A program made the position numbers and the translations under genes. A DNA stretch of 64,000 nucleotides. Origin: Parasphingorhabdus sp. Lineage in GTDB: Bacteria > Pseudomonadota > Alphaproteobacteria > Sphingomonadales > Sphingomonadaceae. This document shows, in pieces, positions 29,391 to 40,769 of the stretch. The stretch spans positions 11,942-75,941 of the forward strand of contig NZ_JBLWWU010000006.1 of the NCBI RefSeq assembly GCF_048267785.1, in the 5' to 3' direction. The notes under the pieces are model-generated. The model was given only the letters and a program-made list of their open reading frames with translations. It was not told the origin of the DNA and ran no database searches. The first letter of the stretch is position 1; each line of letters opens with the position of its first letter.

Positions 29391-30575
29391 ATGAGCGGCC
29401 TGCTAGAAGGCATCCGGGTCCTTGATTTCGGTCGCTATATCGCCGGCCCTTTTTGCGCGACGCTGCTCGCCGATCTGGGCGCCGATGTGATCCGCGTCGA
29501 AAGGCCGGAGGGGGGAGAGGACCGTTACACGGTGCCGGTCACTGCGGAAGGCGAGGGTGCCTATCATATGCAGATTGGCCGCAACAAGAAGGGCATGACG
29601 CTCAACCCGGCGAAGCCCGAGGGCCAGGAAATCCTTCGCCGTCTCGTCGCAACCGCCGATGTCGTCATCGTCAATCTGCCGCCACCTGCACTCAAGAAGC
29701 TCGGGTTGGACTATGATTCATTGCGGGCGATCAAACCGGATATCATTCTGACCATGGGGTCTGCCTTTGGTTCCACCGGGCCTTATACGTCGCGCGGCGG
29801 TTTTGATACGGTGGCGCAGGCTATGTCGGGCGCCATGTATCTCAGCGGCACGCCTGGCAAGCCATCGAAATCCTTCGCGCCTTATTGTGACTTCGGTACC
29901 GCTTCGCTCAGCGCCTTTGGCACGCTGGCTGCGATCATCCACAGGATGAAAACCGGGGAAGGACAAATAGTCGAGGCATCGCTGCTGAATACCGCACTGA
30001 CCTTCAACAATGCTGCGTTGATCGAGCAGTCTGAATTGCAGCTATGCCGTGAGGGCACGGGGACAAGGGGGCAATATAATGCACCGACTGATTCTTATCG
30101 GACGAAGGACGGCTGGATCATGGTCCAGATCGTTGGTGGCGGTTTGTTCAAGCGCTGGGCCGATATGATCGGGGAAGATCACTGGTTGTCGGACGAACGT
30201 TTCGCGACCGACCAGTCGCGGGGCGATCACGGTGAAATTATCGGCGACCGGATGCGTACATGGTGCGAGGACAGGACCAACGAGCAGGCCCTTGCTACAC
30301 TGGCCGGAGCGGGTATTCCGTGCGGGGAATTGTTGAGTCCGCAAGAAGTGCTTGAAAATGAGCATGTAGTTGGAAGCGAGGCTTTTCAGCCTGTTGACTA
30401 TCCGGGTCTGCCCTTACCGGCTCCCTTGGCCCGGCATCCGGTGCGATATTCCGAAACGCCAGTGGATGATTTTGCCCGCGCACCACTGCTCGGTGAACAT
30501 ACGGATGCGATAATGGCAGAACTGGGATTTGGCGCGGAAGAGATTGCCAAGCTGCGAGGATTGCGAATTATCTAG
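29391..30575 (+). CDS. CaiB/BaiF family (class III) CoA transferase
   Basis: LEGIRVLDF, LADLGADVIRVE, RNKKG and catalytic Asp region PYCDF. Confidence 0.93.
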   Translation: MSGLLEGIRVLDFGRYIAGPFCATLLADLGADVIRVERPEGGEDRYTVPVTAEGEGAYHMQIGRNKKGMTLNPAKPEGQEILRRLVATADVVIVNLPPPALKKLGLDYDSLRAIKPDIILTMGSAFGSTGPYTSRGGFDTVAQAMSGAMYLSGTPGKPSKSFAPYCDFGTASLSAFGTLAAIIHRMKTGEGQIVEASLLNTALTFNNAALIEQSELQLCREGTGTRGQYNAPTDSYRTKDGWIMVQIVGGGLFKRWADMIGEDHWLSDERFATDQSRGDHGEIIGDRMRTWCEDRTNEQALATLAGAGIPCGELLSPQEVLENEHVVGSEAFQPVDYPGLPLPAPLARHPVRYSETPVDDFARAPLLGEHTDAIMAELGFGAEEIAKLRGLRII

Positions 30576-30715
30576 TCAGCCAGAAAGCGCACCGGAAGCG
30601 ATAAGCGAAATTCTGGCCACGAACTCATGAGGTCATGACCTGGTTAAAAAGCGCTGGAATTCCACGTGGTACTGACACGGGAAGTGAAAGTGATTGTAGG
30701 TGACAGCATGGGAGT

Positions 30716-31375
30716 TCACGAATCGTTCAATGAATCCATCAGGGAAATAATCTCGCGATCTTCTGTCTGGGTGAAGTCCCTATAAAAGGCTCCGACAGCG
30801 CCAAAATCGGCGGGAACATACAAGCACATGATTTCGTCACACTGGCTTTCTAATTCGTCCAGCGTCGATTGCGGCGCAACGGGAACGGCAAGGATGATCC
30901 GTCGGGGCCGGTTTCTACGGACACCTTTGAGCGCTGCCTTGATCGTGCCTCCCGTCGCTATCCCGTCATCGACGATAATGACGGTTCTGCCAGCAAGATT
31001 GACCGGTTTCCGGTCGCCGCAGTATATGTGTCGGCGACGTTCGATTTCCTTGAGTTGCCGTTGCAATTCAGCACGGATATATTCAGGACTTGGTGCAATC
31101 TGCCGGACAATATCGTCATTCATAACCAGATGGGGATCGGCTCCGTCAACAACCGCACCAATGCCATATTCTGGCCATCCCGGCGCACCGATTTTGCGAA
31201 CCATGAGCAAATCCAGTTCAGCATCCAACGCTTTGGCGATTTCATAGGCAACAGGAACGCCGCCGCGGGGCAGGGCCAATATTACCGGGTTCTCGGCGAC
31301 CTTATCTGTCAGCCTGGCCGCCAATTGCCGACCGGCATCCCGCCGATCTGCGAACAATCTGGTCATCTGTTCCAT
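30716..31375 (-). CDS. Type I phosphoribosyltransferase-like protein
   Basis: FADRRDAG, LPRGGVPVA and PRPP loop VDDGIATG. Confidence 0.9.
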   Translation of the reverse strand: MEQMTRLFADRRDAGRQLAARLTDKVAENPVILALPRGGVPVAYEIAKALDAELDLLMVRKIGAPGWPEYGIGAVVDGADPHLVMNDDIVRQIAPSPEYIRAELQRQLKEIERRRHIYCGDRKPVNLAGRTVIIVDDGIATGGTIKAALKGVRRNRPRRIILAVPVAPQSTLDELESQCDEIMCLYVPADFGAVGAFYRDFTQTEDREIISLMDSLNDS

Positions 31376-31394
31376 TGTTATTCCTTTGATGGGA

Positions 31395-32045
31395 TCATTT
31401 GAAATATGCGCCAAACCATGCGCTGGCGTGGACAATCACTTCTTCCAGCGTTCCCGGTTCTTCAAACAAATGGCCCGCACCGTTGATGATTGTCATCCGC
31501 TTCGGTGCCGGGATTGCATCGAAAGCCTGTTTGTTCAGTCCGATTACCGGTCCATCGCGACTTCCCACCAGAAGCAGAGTGGGCGTCTGGACATTGCTGA
31601 GCCATGCGCCGGCAAGATCGGGGCGACCGCCGCGCGAGACGATCGCCGCCACTTCCGGTTCATCACGGGCAGCAGAGACCAGAGCGGCACCGGCCCCAGT
31701 ACTGGCTCCGAAATATCCGATCGGCATCTCCGCAGCAGACCACTGCTCCCGCACCCACTGGGCCGCCATGGACAGGCGCGAGGCGAGCAGGCCGATATCG
31801 AAAACATTGGCCCGGTCCTGTTCCTCTTCTGGCGTCAGCAGGTCCAGCAGCAATGTCCCGAAACCATCGTCGCGCAGCGCGGAGGCAACATAATTATTAC
31901 GAGGACTGAGTCGCCCACTGCCGCTGCCATGGGCAAAAATGACCATACCGCTTGCGTTGGGCGGAACTCCAAAAATTGCCTGCAGTCCGATTGGCGTAAT
32001 ATCTATTTCCGTCGGTTTGATTTCTTCAAGAACATGCTCGGTCAT
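31395..32045 (-). CDS. Dienelactone hydrolase-like alpha/beta hydrolase
   Basis: FAHGSGSGRLSPRN, nucleophile elbow GASTG, GSRD and GAGHLF. Start at ATG 32045. Confidence 0.88.
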   Translation of the reverse strand: MTEHVLEEIKPTEIDITPIGLQAIFGVPPNASGMVIFAHGSGSGRLSPRNNYVASALRDDGFGTLLLDLLTPEEEQDRANVFDIGLLASRLSMAAQWVREQWSAAEMPIGYFGASTGAGAALVSAARDEPEVAAIVSRGGRPDLAGAWLSNVQTPTLLLVGSRDGPVIGLNKQAFDAIPAPKRMTIINGAGHLFEEPGTLEEVIVHASAWFGAYFK

Positions 32046-32055
32046 ATTGCTTTCC

Positions 32056-33399
32056 TTACAGGCCGAATGGATAGGTTTCGGGGGCACCATGTGGCTTTTC
32101 GCGGCCAAGCGGCGTGACGGCTTTGGTGGTTTCAAACCAGACATAGGCGTCAAACTGGTCTGCCAGAATCGCTTCAAAATAGTGGCTGGCAAGTTCGGTG
32201 TCCGGGCGATAGACGACGCCGATTGCGCGTTCGAGCAGGGGCTCGCGCAACATATGGGCAAATTTCTGTTTTTCCCGTCCGCGCCAGTCGGTGAGCGAGC
32301 GGGCATAACCGGTCAGGCGAAAGGCATGCTCATAGCTGTCGGGCCTGGCCGGACGGACTGTCTTGATCTGCATATCAGCGCCCCAGTCGCTGGCAGCAGC
32401 GACCGTACCGTTATCAGTGCCAAAGCCGATACAGACAGCGTCATCACCATAGGCGATCCGGGCGAGCTGTCCGATGTTAAATTCGCCGCGCCAGCCCATT
32501 GCGGTTGCCGATGCATCGCCAATATGAGAATTATGGGCCCAGACAACGGCCTTGGTGCCAACGCCGCGATGGGCAATAATAGCCTGCAGCGTTTCAAACA
32601 TATGCCGATCACGCAGATTCCAGGATTCTGGGCCGCCTTGATAAATGGCACGATAATAACGTTCGACCGCGGCCACGATTTTTGCATTTTGTGCGGCATC
32701 AAACCATTTCTCGCCATCATTTTCGATATATTTCAAGCGCTTGAAAAAGAGCTGATGTATTTGTTCGACCGCTGCATCTTCGCAGGGATGCTGTTGGCCA
32801 TGGATCACGGCTTTGCCATATTCTGTCGGATGATCCTGCCAAGGCGTCAGACAGCCATAGCGCCAACGGGCCCGGGCGGCTTCGTCCGGATCGACGGCAT
32901 CAAGATATTCCAGAACCGCCGCGATCGACTCACTCAGGCTGTAAACGTCCAGACCGTGAAACGATGCTTGGGCAAAATCTTTCTTGTCTTCGTTATAATG
33001 ACGGAGCCAGTCGGCGAACGCCAGAACCTCCTGATTGCGCCACATCCATGTCGGAAAGCGCACGAAACTCTCTCCGCTGCGCGGTCGGGGGGCATGGTGG
33101 CGGACATAGCCGTCAATTCTTGCGGCATCGGGCCAATCTGCTTCGACCGCGACAACGGTAAATCCGTGTTTTTCGATCAACCGCCGGGTTATCGCCGCGC
33201 GGGCATTATAAAATTCCGATGTACCGTGCGTGGCTTCACCGAGCAGAACCACTTGCGCGTCGGCGAACCGGTCAAAAAATTCTCCAAATTCGTCATATTT
33301 TTCGGGTGGCGGGAGGATTTCCGCATGGTCTCGTAATGCTGCTATCAGTTCGTCCGAAGCGACGCGAGATTCCTGGCGCAATTTGGTCGGTTTGTTCAT
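32056..33399 (-). CDS. Erythromycin esterase family protein
   Basis: LGEATHG, VEADWPD, WNLRDRHM and WAHNSH motifs. Alternative start at 33438. Confidence 0.9.
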   Translation of the reverse strand: MNKPTKLRQESRVASDELIAALRDHAEILPPPEKYDEFGEFFDRFADAQVVLLGEATHGTSEFYNARAAITRRLIEKHGFTVVAVEADWPDAARIDGYVRHHAPRPRSGESFVRFPTWMWRNQEVLAFADWLRHYNEDKKDFAQASFHGLDVYSLSESIAAVLEYLDAVDPDEAARARWRYGCLTPWQDHPTEYGKAVIHGQQHPCEDAAVEQIHQLFFKRLKYIENDGEKWFDAAQNAKIVAAVERYYRAIYQGGPESWNLRDRHMFETLQAIIAHRGVGTKAVVWAHNSHIGDASATAMGWRGEFNIGQLARIAYGDDAVCIGFGTDNGTVAAASDWGADMQIKTVRPARPDSYEHAFRLTGYARSLTDWRGREKQKFAHMLREPLLERAIGVVYRPDTELASHYFEAILADQFDAYVWFETTKAVTPLGREKPHGAPETYPFGL

Positions 33400-33491
33400 C
33401 AGTCCGTCCTTGGTTCTGGATTTGGTGATGGTGGCCATTCGGCAATGGGCTGCCAGTTCTAGTCCCGCATGATCGGTCTTTCATGCAGAAT

Positions 33492-33515
33492 TGAAGAACA
33501 TTGCGCTGTTCTTCA
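33492..33515. repeat. 9-bp perfect inverted repeat
   Basis: TGAAGAACA-TTGCGC-TGTTCTTCA in the ere/pgm divergent region. Confidence 0.6.
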
Positions 33516-33916
33516 GTAACGATATTTGATGGATACAGATGTTTTCCGGACGCTGCATTCGTGGATTCTAAGTAATGGAGGAGCCATGTCCGCGGCCAGA
33601 AATGCTGTTGCCATGACTATCTGATCGTCCGCAATCTCAGCGCTGACTCCCGGTTTCAAGCCACCGAACGGATCCATTCTCTTGTAGAAAAATATTATGA
33701 TTTCATCAGTTTAGCGTTACTGACGACCCTGAATCGTGCCGTGAAGAATATGGGGATCATGTCTCTGATATTGGAACTCGTACGCTGGACGAGGATAGTA
33801 TGGTAGAGGTCTGCAAGATGTCTGATATTAGTATTTTCCCGTGCTTGCGCGCGCTACCGTTCGATGTGACAATATCATCAGATTCCAGTCCTTCCCGATG
33901 CACAATCTCAGGATAA

Positions 33917-35551
<1,635 letters not shown>

Positions 35552-35805
35552 GCACGGCGTCCGGGCCGATATTGTAATATGCCGGACAGAGCCTGATAAT
35601 GTCGCAGAGCGGGCCAACTAAGCAATTGCCCTTATTGATATCCCGGCCAGATTTCCCTCAATTACACCTTATGGCAAGTTGAACCGATCCGGATATTTCG
35701 AGCTGTGCGGTCGCACCGCCCCCGAGCCAGAGCTTGTAATATGGTTATGGCATCGGTTGAGGCAGATGTGATCCAGGTCTTTGGTTAGCGTAAAGGGAAT
35801 ATCAA

Positions 35806-36402
35806 ATGAGCAGCAAGACCCAGGAAATAGTGAGTCGTATCCGCGATCTGGAGGTGGAGCTGGAAAAACAGATCAATCTGGAAAAAGAGCGACTCAACCA
35901 ACGCATCGCGAAAGGCGGACATGAATTTGATCGGGACATGCTTCGTTTTCAGAAGTCATTGCGCGTCGGAATTTTCCGATATTTGAAGCGGGCGCAAATT
36001 CTCAATATTTTGACCGCTCCGTTCATATATGCGCTGATCTTCCCTTTTATATTTTTGGATCTTTCCGTCACAATTTATCAAGCGGTCTGTTTCCGGGCCT
36101 ATAAAATCGATCGTGTCCGGCGTTCCGATTATCTGATTTTTGATCGCCAGAAGCTTCCCTATTTGAATCTGATAGAGAAGATCAATTGCACCTACTGCAG
36201 CTATGCAAACGGGGTGATTGCCTATGTCCGGGAAGTGGCGGCACGGACGGAACAATATTGGTGCCCGATCAAACATGCGCGACGCAGGCAAGGCGCGCAT
36301 GCGCGATATCGTCTGTTTGAGGAATATGGGGATGGTGATAATTACCGGTCGGGGCTGGCGGAACACCGGGATGCACTGAACCACGACCAGAAAACCGAGT
36401 AG
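35806..36402 (+). CDS. Hypothetical membrane protein with Cys motifs
   Basis: N-terminal coiled coil, hydrophobic segment (PFIYALIFPFIFLD), NCTYCSYANG and YWCPIKH. Confidence 0.75.
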   Translation: MSSKTQEIVSRIRDLEVELEKQINLEKERLNQRIAKGGHEFDRDMLRFQKSLRVGIFRYLKRAQILNILTAPFIYALIFPFIFLDLSVTIYQAVCFRAYKIDRVRRSDYLIFDRQKLPYLNLIEKINCTYCSYANGVIAYVREVAARTEQYWCPIKHARRRQGAHARYRLFEEYGDGDNYRSGLAEHRDALNHDQKTE

Positions 36403-36452
36403 AATCGACCGTCGGCAACCGGCTTGTCGCAAATCGGTGCCATTGCAATAAC

Positions 36453-36890
36453 CTAATGCAGAGCGGTCGTCGCCCATTGGACAATGGCAGACGTTGGCAT
36501 TGCTCCTGCGGTTCTGGATAGTTCCCTGCCCTTGGAAAACAATATAAGCGATGGTATCGAACGGATATGGAATCTTGCGGCAATCGCCTGCTCGGCTTCG
36601 GTATCCAGCTTGCCCAACCTTACCCTCGGCTCAAGCTGTTTCGCGGCGGCGGCAAATGCTGGCGCCATCTGACGGCATGGCCCGCACCAGCTCGCCCAGA
36701 AGTCCACCAGCAACGGTATGTCGCTCGCCGCTGAATGCTTGTCAAAATTGGCGGAGGTCAAGGTCACGGGTTGGCCCAGAAAAAGCGCCTTGCCACATCT
36801 CCCGCATTTGCCGTGATCATTCAATTTGCTGGACGGAACACGATTTGCTGTGTTGCAGGTGGGACATATGATTTTCATGGTTTCGGTCAT
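36453..36890 (-). CDS. trxC: Thioredoxin 2 (Zn-finger thioredoxin)
   Basis: CPTC...CGRC Zn finger plus WCGPC active site. Confidence 0.95.
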   Translation of the reverse strand: MTETMKIICPTCNTANRVPSSKLNDHGKCGRCGKALFLGQPVTLTSANFDKHSAASDIPLLVDFWASWCGPCRQMAPAFAAAAKQLEPRVRLGKLDTEAEQAIAARFHIRSIPSLILFSKGRELSRTAGAMPTSAIVQWATTALH

Positions 36891-37015
36891 ATCGTTGCCT
36901 TTCCTCTACCGCGTGATCGTACCTGAGATAAATATGTATTGTACCTGATCGGCCCTTCTTCGCCTGCACGATGTCATTGCCTGTTCGCATCCCGCCAGAA
37001 ATTCGCGACGGAGGA

Positions 37016-37029
37016 TTGAACGGCGTCAA
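37016..37029. promoter_or_regulatory. Candidate FNR/FixK box
   Basis: TTGAA-CGGC-GTCAA (TTGA-N6-TCAA) between the divergent trxC and exporter genes. Confidence 0.4.
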
Positions 37030-37324
37030 AATGATGAGACGGGATTGCAACAATTCTGCAATTTTTCTGTGACCCGAACTCGTGGAAATTACGTAATTAC
37101 AAGATGCTGACCTTGTTGTCTGGAGACTGTATCCTCAGTGATGAACGCAATGCTATCCCTCCAAGGAGTTCAGGTCTTGAAAAATCAATATCAATGCTTG
37201 GTGCTTCGGCAGCGGCAATAGCGGCACGGATGAATAAAATATGATGCCGCAACTCGATAAGCTGGAAGGGGACATGTCTGCCGTCAAGCGACGGTTTTTG
37301 GGTTCAACGCCGGTGCAAGGATAT

Positions 37325-38767
37325 ATGCGCAGCGCAATCCGTTGGAACGCGATGATCATTACAGCGGTGCCGCTGATCGGTTGTGCCTCACCGGGATATG
37401 ATAACGTCGCTATGAAAGCGGCGATGGTGCTCCCCGAAGCCTATTTCGCTCAGGACGATTCCTATATGGAGCCCGAAGCGCTGGCCAGCTGGTGGCAGAA
37501 TTTTGACGATCCGATACTGGGCGATTTGATCGAACGGACGCTGGTTGCCAATAATGACCTTGCCGAAGCGCGGGCGCGGCTGGCTGCGGCGCGCGCCGGC
37601 GTTCGCGTAGCCCGCGGTGCTCGTTTGCCGAGCTTGTCAGCAGGGGGATCGGTCAATCGGCAGGAGATGATCAGGGGAGATGGTGTCGAATCGACCGGTT
37701 TCCAGATTGGTCTTGATGCTGCATGGGAAGCAGATGTTTTTGCCGGATTGCGGGCATCGGAAACCGCGGCGCGCGCCAGCGCCCAAAGCAGCGAGGCATC
37801 GCTTTACAATGTTCAACGCACAATCCTGGCGGAAGTCGCGCTTAATTATATTGATCTCCGCGAAGCGCAGGCCCAATCGACGGTTACGAAAAACAATCTG
37901 GCGATCCAGAATGATAATCTGCAAATTGGGCAATGGCGATACCAGGCGGGACTGGTCAGTGCGCTTGATGTGGAGCAAGCCCGTTCGCTGCGCGATCAAA
38001 CAGCGGCACGGGTGCCCGTTATTGAGCAGGCGATTGCAGCCGCGATAAATAATATCGATGTCCTTGCCGGCCAAAATCCGGGCAGTAGCATCGCTGAACT
38101 CACCCCAGTGCGCCCGATCGCCATCGGGCCCGATGATATTGGTACAGGCCTTCCCGCCGGGTTGCTGCAAAGGCGTCCTGATATCATTATGGCAGAACGA
38201 AATCTGGCCGCCGAAAGCGCGCTGATCGGTGTGGCTGAAGCGGATCTATATCCCCAATTGCGACTGACAGGGTCGTTGAACAGCAGCAGCCTTTCTCTTG
38301 GCGGGCTGATGGATAGTGTGATTGGCAATCTGATCGGCAGTGTTACCGCGCCGATTTTTCAGGGGGGACAGATACGCGCCCGGATCGACCAGCAAAAAGC
38401 CGATGCAGCGGCGGCGCTGGCAATCTATCGCGGAACAGTGCTGACTGCTCTCGGTGATGTTGAAAATAGTCTGGTGGCTGTCAAACGATCACGGGAAAGG
38501 GAAGCATCGCTGAAAACGGCTGAGCAGGCCGCACGGGAAACTGTGCGAATGTCCGAGATCAACTATCGCAATGGTTTGAGCGACTTCACCGTCCTGCTCA
38601 GTGCGCAACGCGATCTGCTCACAGTCCAGGACAGCCTTACATCTGCCACTGCTGCGCGTGCCACTGCTGCAATTCAGCTCTACAAGGCTCTTGGCGGGGG
38701 CTGGAATATGCCGGGCGTCGAGCCAAGTCCTGACCAATTCTCCGATAATGAACGGATCAAGCCATGA
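37325..38767 (+). CDS. Outer-membrane efflux lipoprotein (NodT/TolC family)
   Basis: Lipobox LIGC, WWQNFDDPIL and LLQRRPDI motifs. Start at ATG 37325. Confidence 0.92.
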   Translation: MRSAIRWNAMIITAVPLIGCASPGYDNVAMKAAMVLPEAYFAQDDSYMEPEALASWWQNFDDPILGDLIERTLVANNDLAEARARLAAARAGVRVARGARLPSLSAGGSVNRQEMIRGDGVESTGFQIGLDAAWEADVFAGLRASETAARASAQSSEASLYNVQRTILAEVALNYIDLREAQAQSTVTKNNLAIQNDNLQIGQWRYQAGLVSALDVEQARSLRDQTAARVPVIEQAIAAAINNIDVLAGQNPGSSIAELTPVRPIAIGPDDIGTGLPAGLLQRRPDIIMAERNLAAESALIGVAEADLYPQLRLTGSLNSSSLSLGGLMDSVIGNLIGSVTAPIFQGGQIRARIDQQKADAAAALAIYRGTVLTALGDVENSLVAVKRSREREASLKTAEQAARETVRMSEINYRNGLSDFTVLLSAQRDLLTVQDSLTSATAARATAAIQLYKALGGGWNMPGVEPSPDQFSDNERIKP

Positions 38768-40074
38768 CAGACGAACCAAGTGACCCCCAGGAAACCGGGG
38801 CAACCGAAAGTCTGGATGAATTCCTCGGCGACAGCCAGGCAGGTGGAATCAGCAAATGGTGGCGCTGGACGCTGATCTCTCTGGTGATGTTGGCGGGTGC
38901 GCTTTTTATCTGGTGGTTGAGTAGCGGAGATAGCGGTCCACGTTACGCAACGGCAACGCTGGAACGCGGCGATATTCAGGTTGAAGTAACCGCCACCGGC
39001 AATCTTGCACCGATCAATGAAGTGTCCGTTGGTTCCGAATTGTCCGGACTGATTACCGAAGTCTTTGTAGACGTGAACGACCGTGTTGCCAAAGGCCAAC
39101 CACTGGCACAAATAGACATGGTCAAGTTGCGGGACGCAATCCAGATCAGTCAGGCGGCTCTTGATTCTGCCCGGGCCAGTGTTCAGCAATCCCGTGCTAC
39201 TGTTGCCCAAACCCGGCAGACATTGGACCGGCAGGAAGAAGTATGGCGGCTGTCCGGCGGCAAAGTTCCGTCGCGCACAGAGCTCGACACTGCCCGCGCT
39301 GAATATGCGCGCGCGCTTGCCAGCCTCGCGTCCGCCAAGGCAAGCGTAAGCAGCGCCGCGGCACAGCTATCGTCGGATCGCAACAATCTGAGCAAGGCGA
39401 CAATCCGCTCATCCGTCAATGGGGTTATATTGTCGCGCGAGATTGAACCGGGACAAACCGTGGCCGCATCTTTCAGTACGCCAACGCTTTTCAACATCGC
39501 CGAGGACCTTTCCGTGATGGAGCTGGAAGTCAAGGTTGACGAGGCCGATGTCGGTCAGGTCAAGGAGGGGCAGAAAGCAACTTTCACGGTCGATGCCTGG
39601 CCCGGAGAGGTCTTCCCGGCGACCATCAAACGGGTAAACCTCGGTTCCAATTCCGCGACATCAACATCCTCTACCTCTACCGTAATATCTTATGGTGCGG
39701 TCCTGTCGGTGCGGAATGATGACCTGATATTGCGGCCTGGCATGACGGCAACCGCGACCATTGTCACCAGCGAAGAGAAAAATGTATTCCTTGTACCCAA
39801 TGCGGCACTGCGTTTCACGCCGACGGCAGACTCAGAAACGGAAAGCGGTGGCGGAATATCGATGTTGCCCCAGCGGCCCCGAGGGCAATCAACCCAGGAA
39901 AGCACGATCGGGCGCGGGTCCACCCAGATGCTCTACATTCTCGGCCCGGATGACCAGCTTGAAAAGATTTCCGTAACCGCCGGGGCAAGCGACGGCACCC
40001 GAACCATCGTTACCGGTTCCAAACTGCAGGAAGGTGCGAAGATTGTTACGGGCGCACTCGCGCAAAGCGAATGA
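38764..40074 (+). CDS. Periplasmic adaptor subunit (MacA-like)
   Basis: VSVGSELSG, IRSSVNGVILSR and VDEADVGQV motifs. Confidence 0.92.
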   Translation: MTDEPSDPQETGATESLDEFLGDSQAGGISKWWRWTLISLVMLAGALFIWWLSSGDSGPRYATATLERGDIQVEVTATGNLAPINEVSVGSELSGLITEVFVDVNDRVAKGQPLAQIDMVKLRDAIQISQAALDSARASVQQSRATVAQTRQTLDRQEEVWRLSGGKVPSRTELDTARAEYARALASLASAKASVSSAAAQLSSDRNNLSKATIRSSVNGVILSREIEPGQTVAASFSTPTLFNIAEDLSVMELEVKVDEADVGQVKEGQKATFTVDAWPGEVFPATIKRVNLGSNSATSTSSTSTVISYGAVLSVRNDDLILRPGMTATATIVTSEEKNVFLVPNAALRFTPTADSETESGGGISMLPQRPRGQSTQESTIGRGSTQMLYILGPDDQLEKISVTAGASDGTRTIVTGSKLQEGAKIVTGALAQSE

Positions 40075-40769
40075 CGCGGCTCATTGAACTCCGCGGGATT
40101 ACCAAGGTTTTCGGCCAAGGGCCGAACGCTTTTCAGGCCCTTCGCGGTGTTGATCTTGATGTGGACAGGGGCGATTTTATCGCTGTGATGGGCCCCTCGG
40201 GTTCCGGCAAATCCACAATGATGAATATTGTCGGATGTCTGGATGTCGCAACCACGGGTAGCTATCGTTTCCATGGCCATCAGGTTGGAAGCCTCAATAA
40301 TGATCAGCGCGCACATTTACGCCGTCGGTATATCGGTTTTATCTTTCAAGGGTTTAACTTGCTTGCGCGTACGAGCGCGCTGGAAAATGTTGAATTGCCG
40401 TTGCTCTATCGCGGTGAGAAACGTGCGGTCCGGCGTGCGGCGGCTATGGCAGCGCTTGAAAAGGTGGGGCTGGCGCCTTGGGCCACCCATACATCGGGAG
40501 AATTGTCCGGCGGGCAGCAGCAGCGCGTGGCTATTGCCCGTGCCATTGTGACCGAACCTGAAGTGTTACTGGCTGACGAACCCACTGGTAATCTCGACAG
40601 CGAAACGTCGATAGAGATTATGGAACTGCTTGCTGATTTCAACAGCAACGCCGGGATCACGATCATGATGGTGACGCATGAACCCGAAATGGCCGAATAT
40701 GCCCACAGGATCATCCGCTTTCGGGATGGTCTGGTAGACAATGTCAGCGACAAAGCGGATCGGGTGTAA
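40071..40769 (+). CDS. ABC ATP-binding protein (MacB/LolD-like)
   Basis: GPSGSGKST, LSGGQQQRV, LADEPTGNLD and VTHE motifs. Confidence 0.95.
   Translation: MTRLIELRGITKVFGQGPNAFQALRGVDLDVDRGDFIAVMGPSGSGKSTMMNIVGCLDVATTGSYRFHGHQVGSLNNDQRAHLRRRYIGFIFQGFNLLARTSALENVELPLLYRGEKRAVRRAAAMAALEKVGLAPWATHTSGELSGGQQQRVAIARAIVTEPEVLLADEPTGNLDSETSIEIMELLADFNSNAGITIMMVTHEPEMAEYAHRIIRFRDGLVDNVSDKADRV

Noticed and set aside
30624-30641. Palindrome AGGTCATGACCT
   Set aside because: Lies between convergent 3' ends, single copy, no plausible target promoter.
31939-33336. 465-aa plus-strand ORF
   Set aside because: Antisense shadow of the erythromycin esterase gene.
32056-33438. Macrolide resistance gene (ere)
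   Set aside because: Family membership alone does not imply erythromycin activity; the operon context suggests another role.
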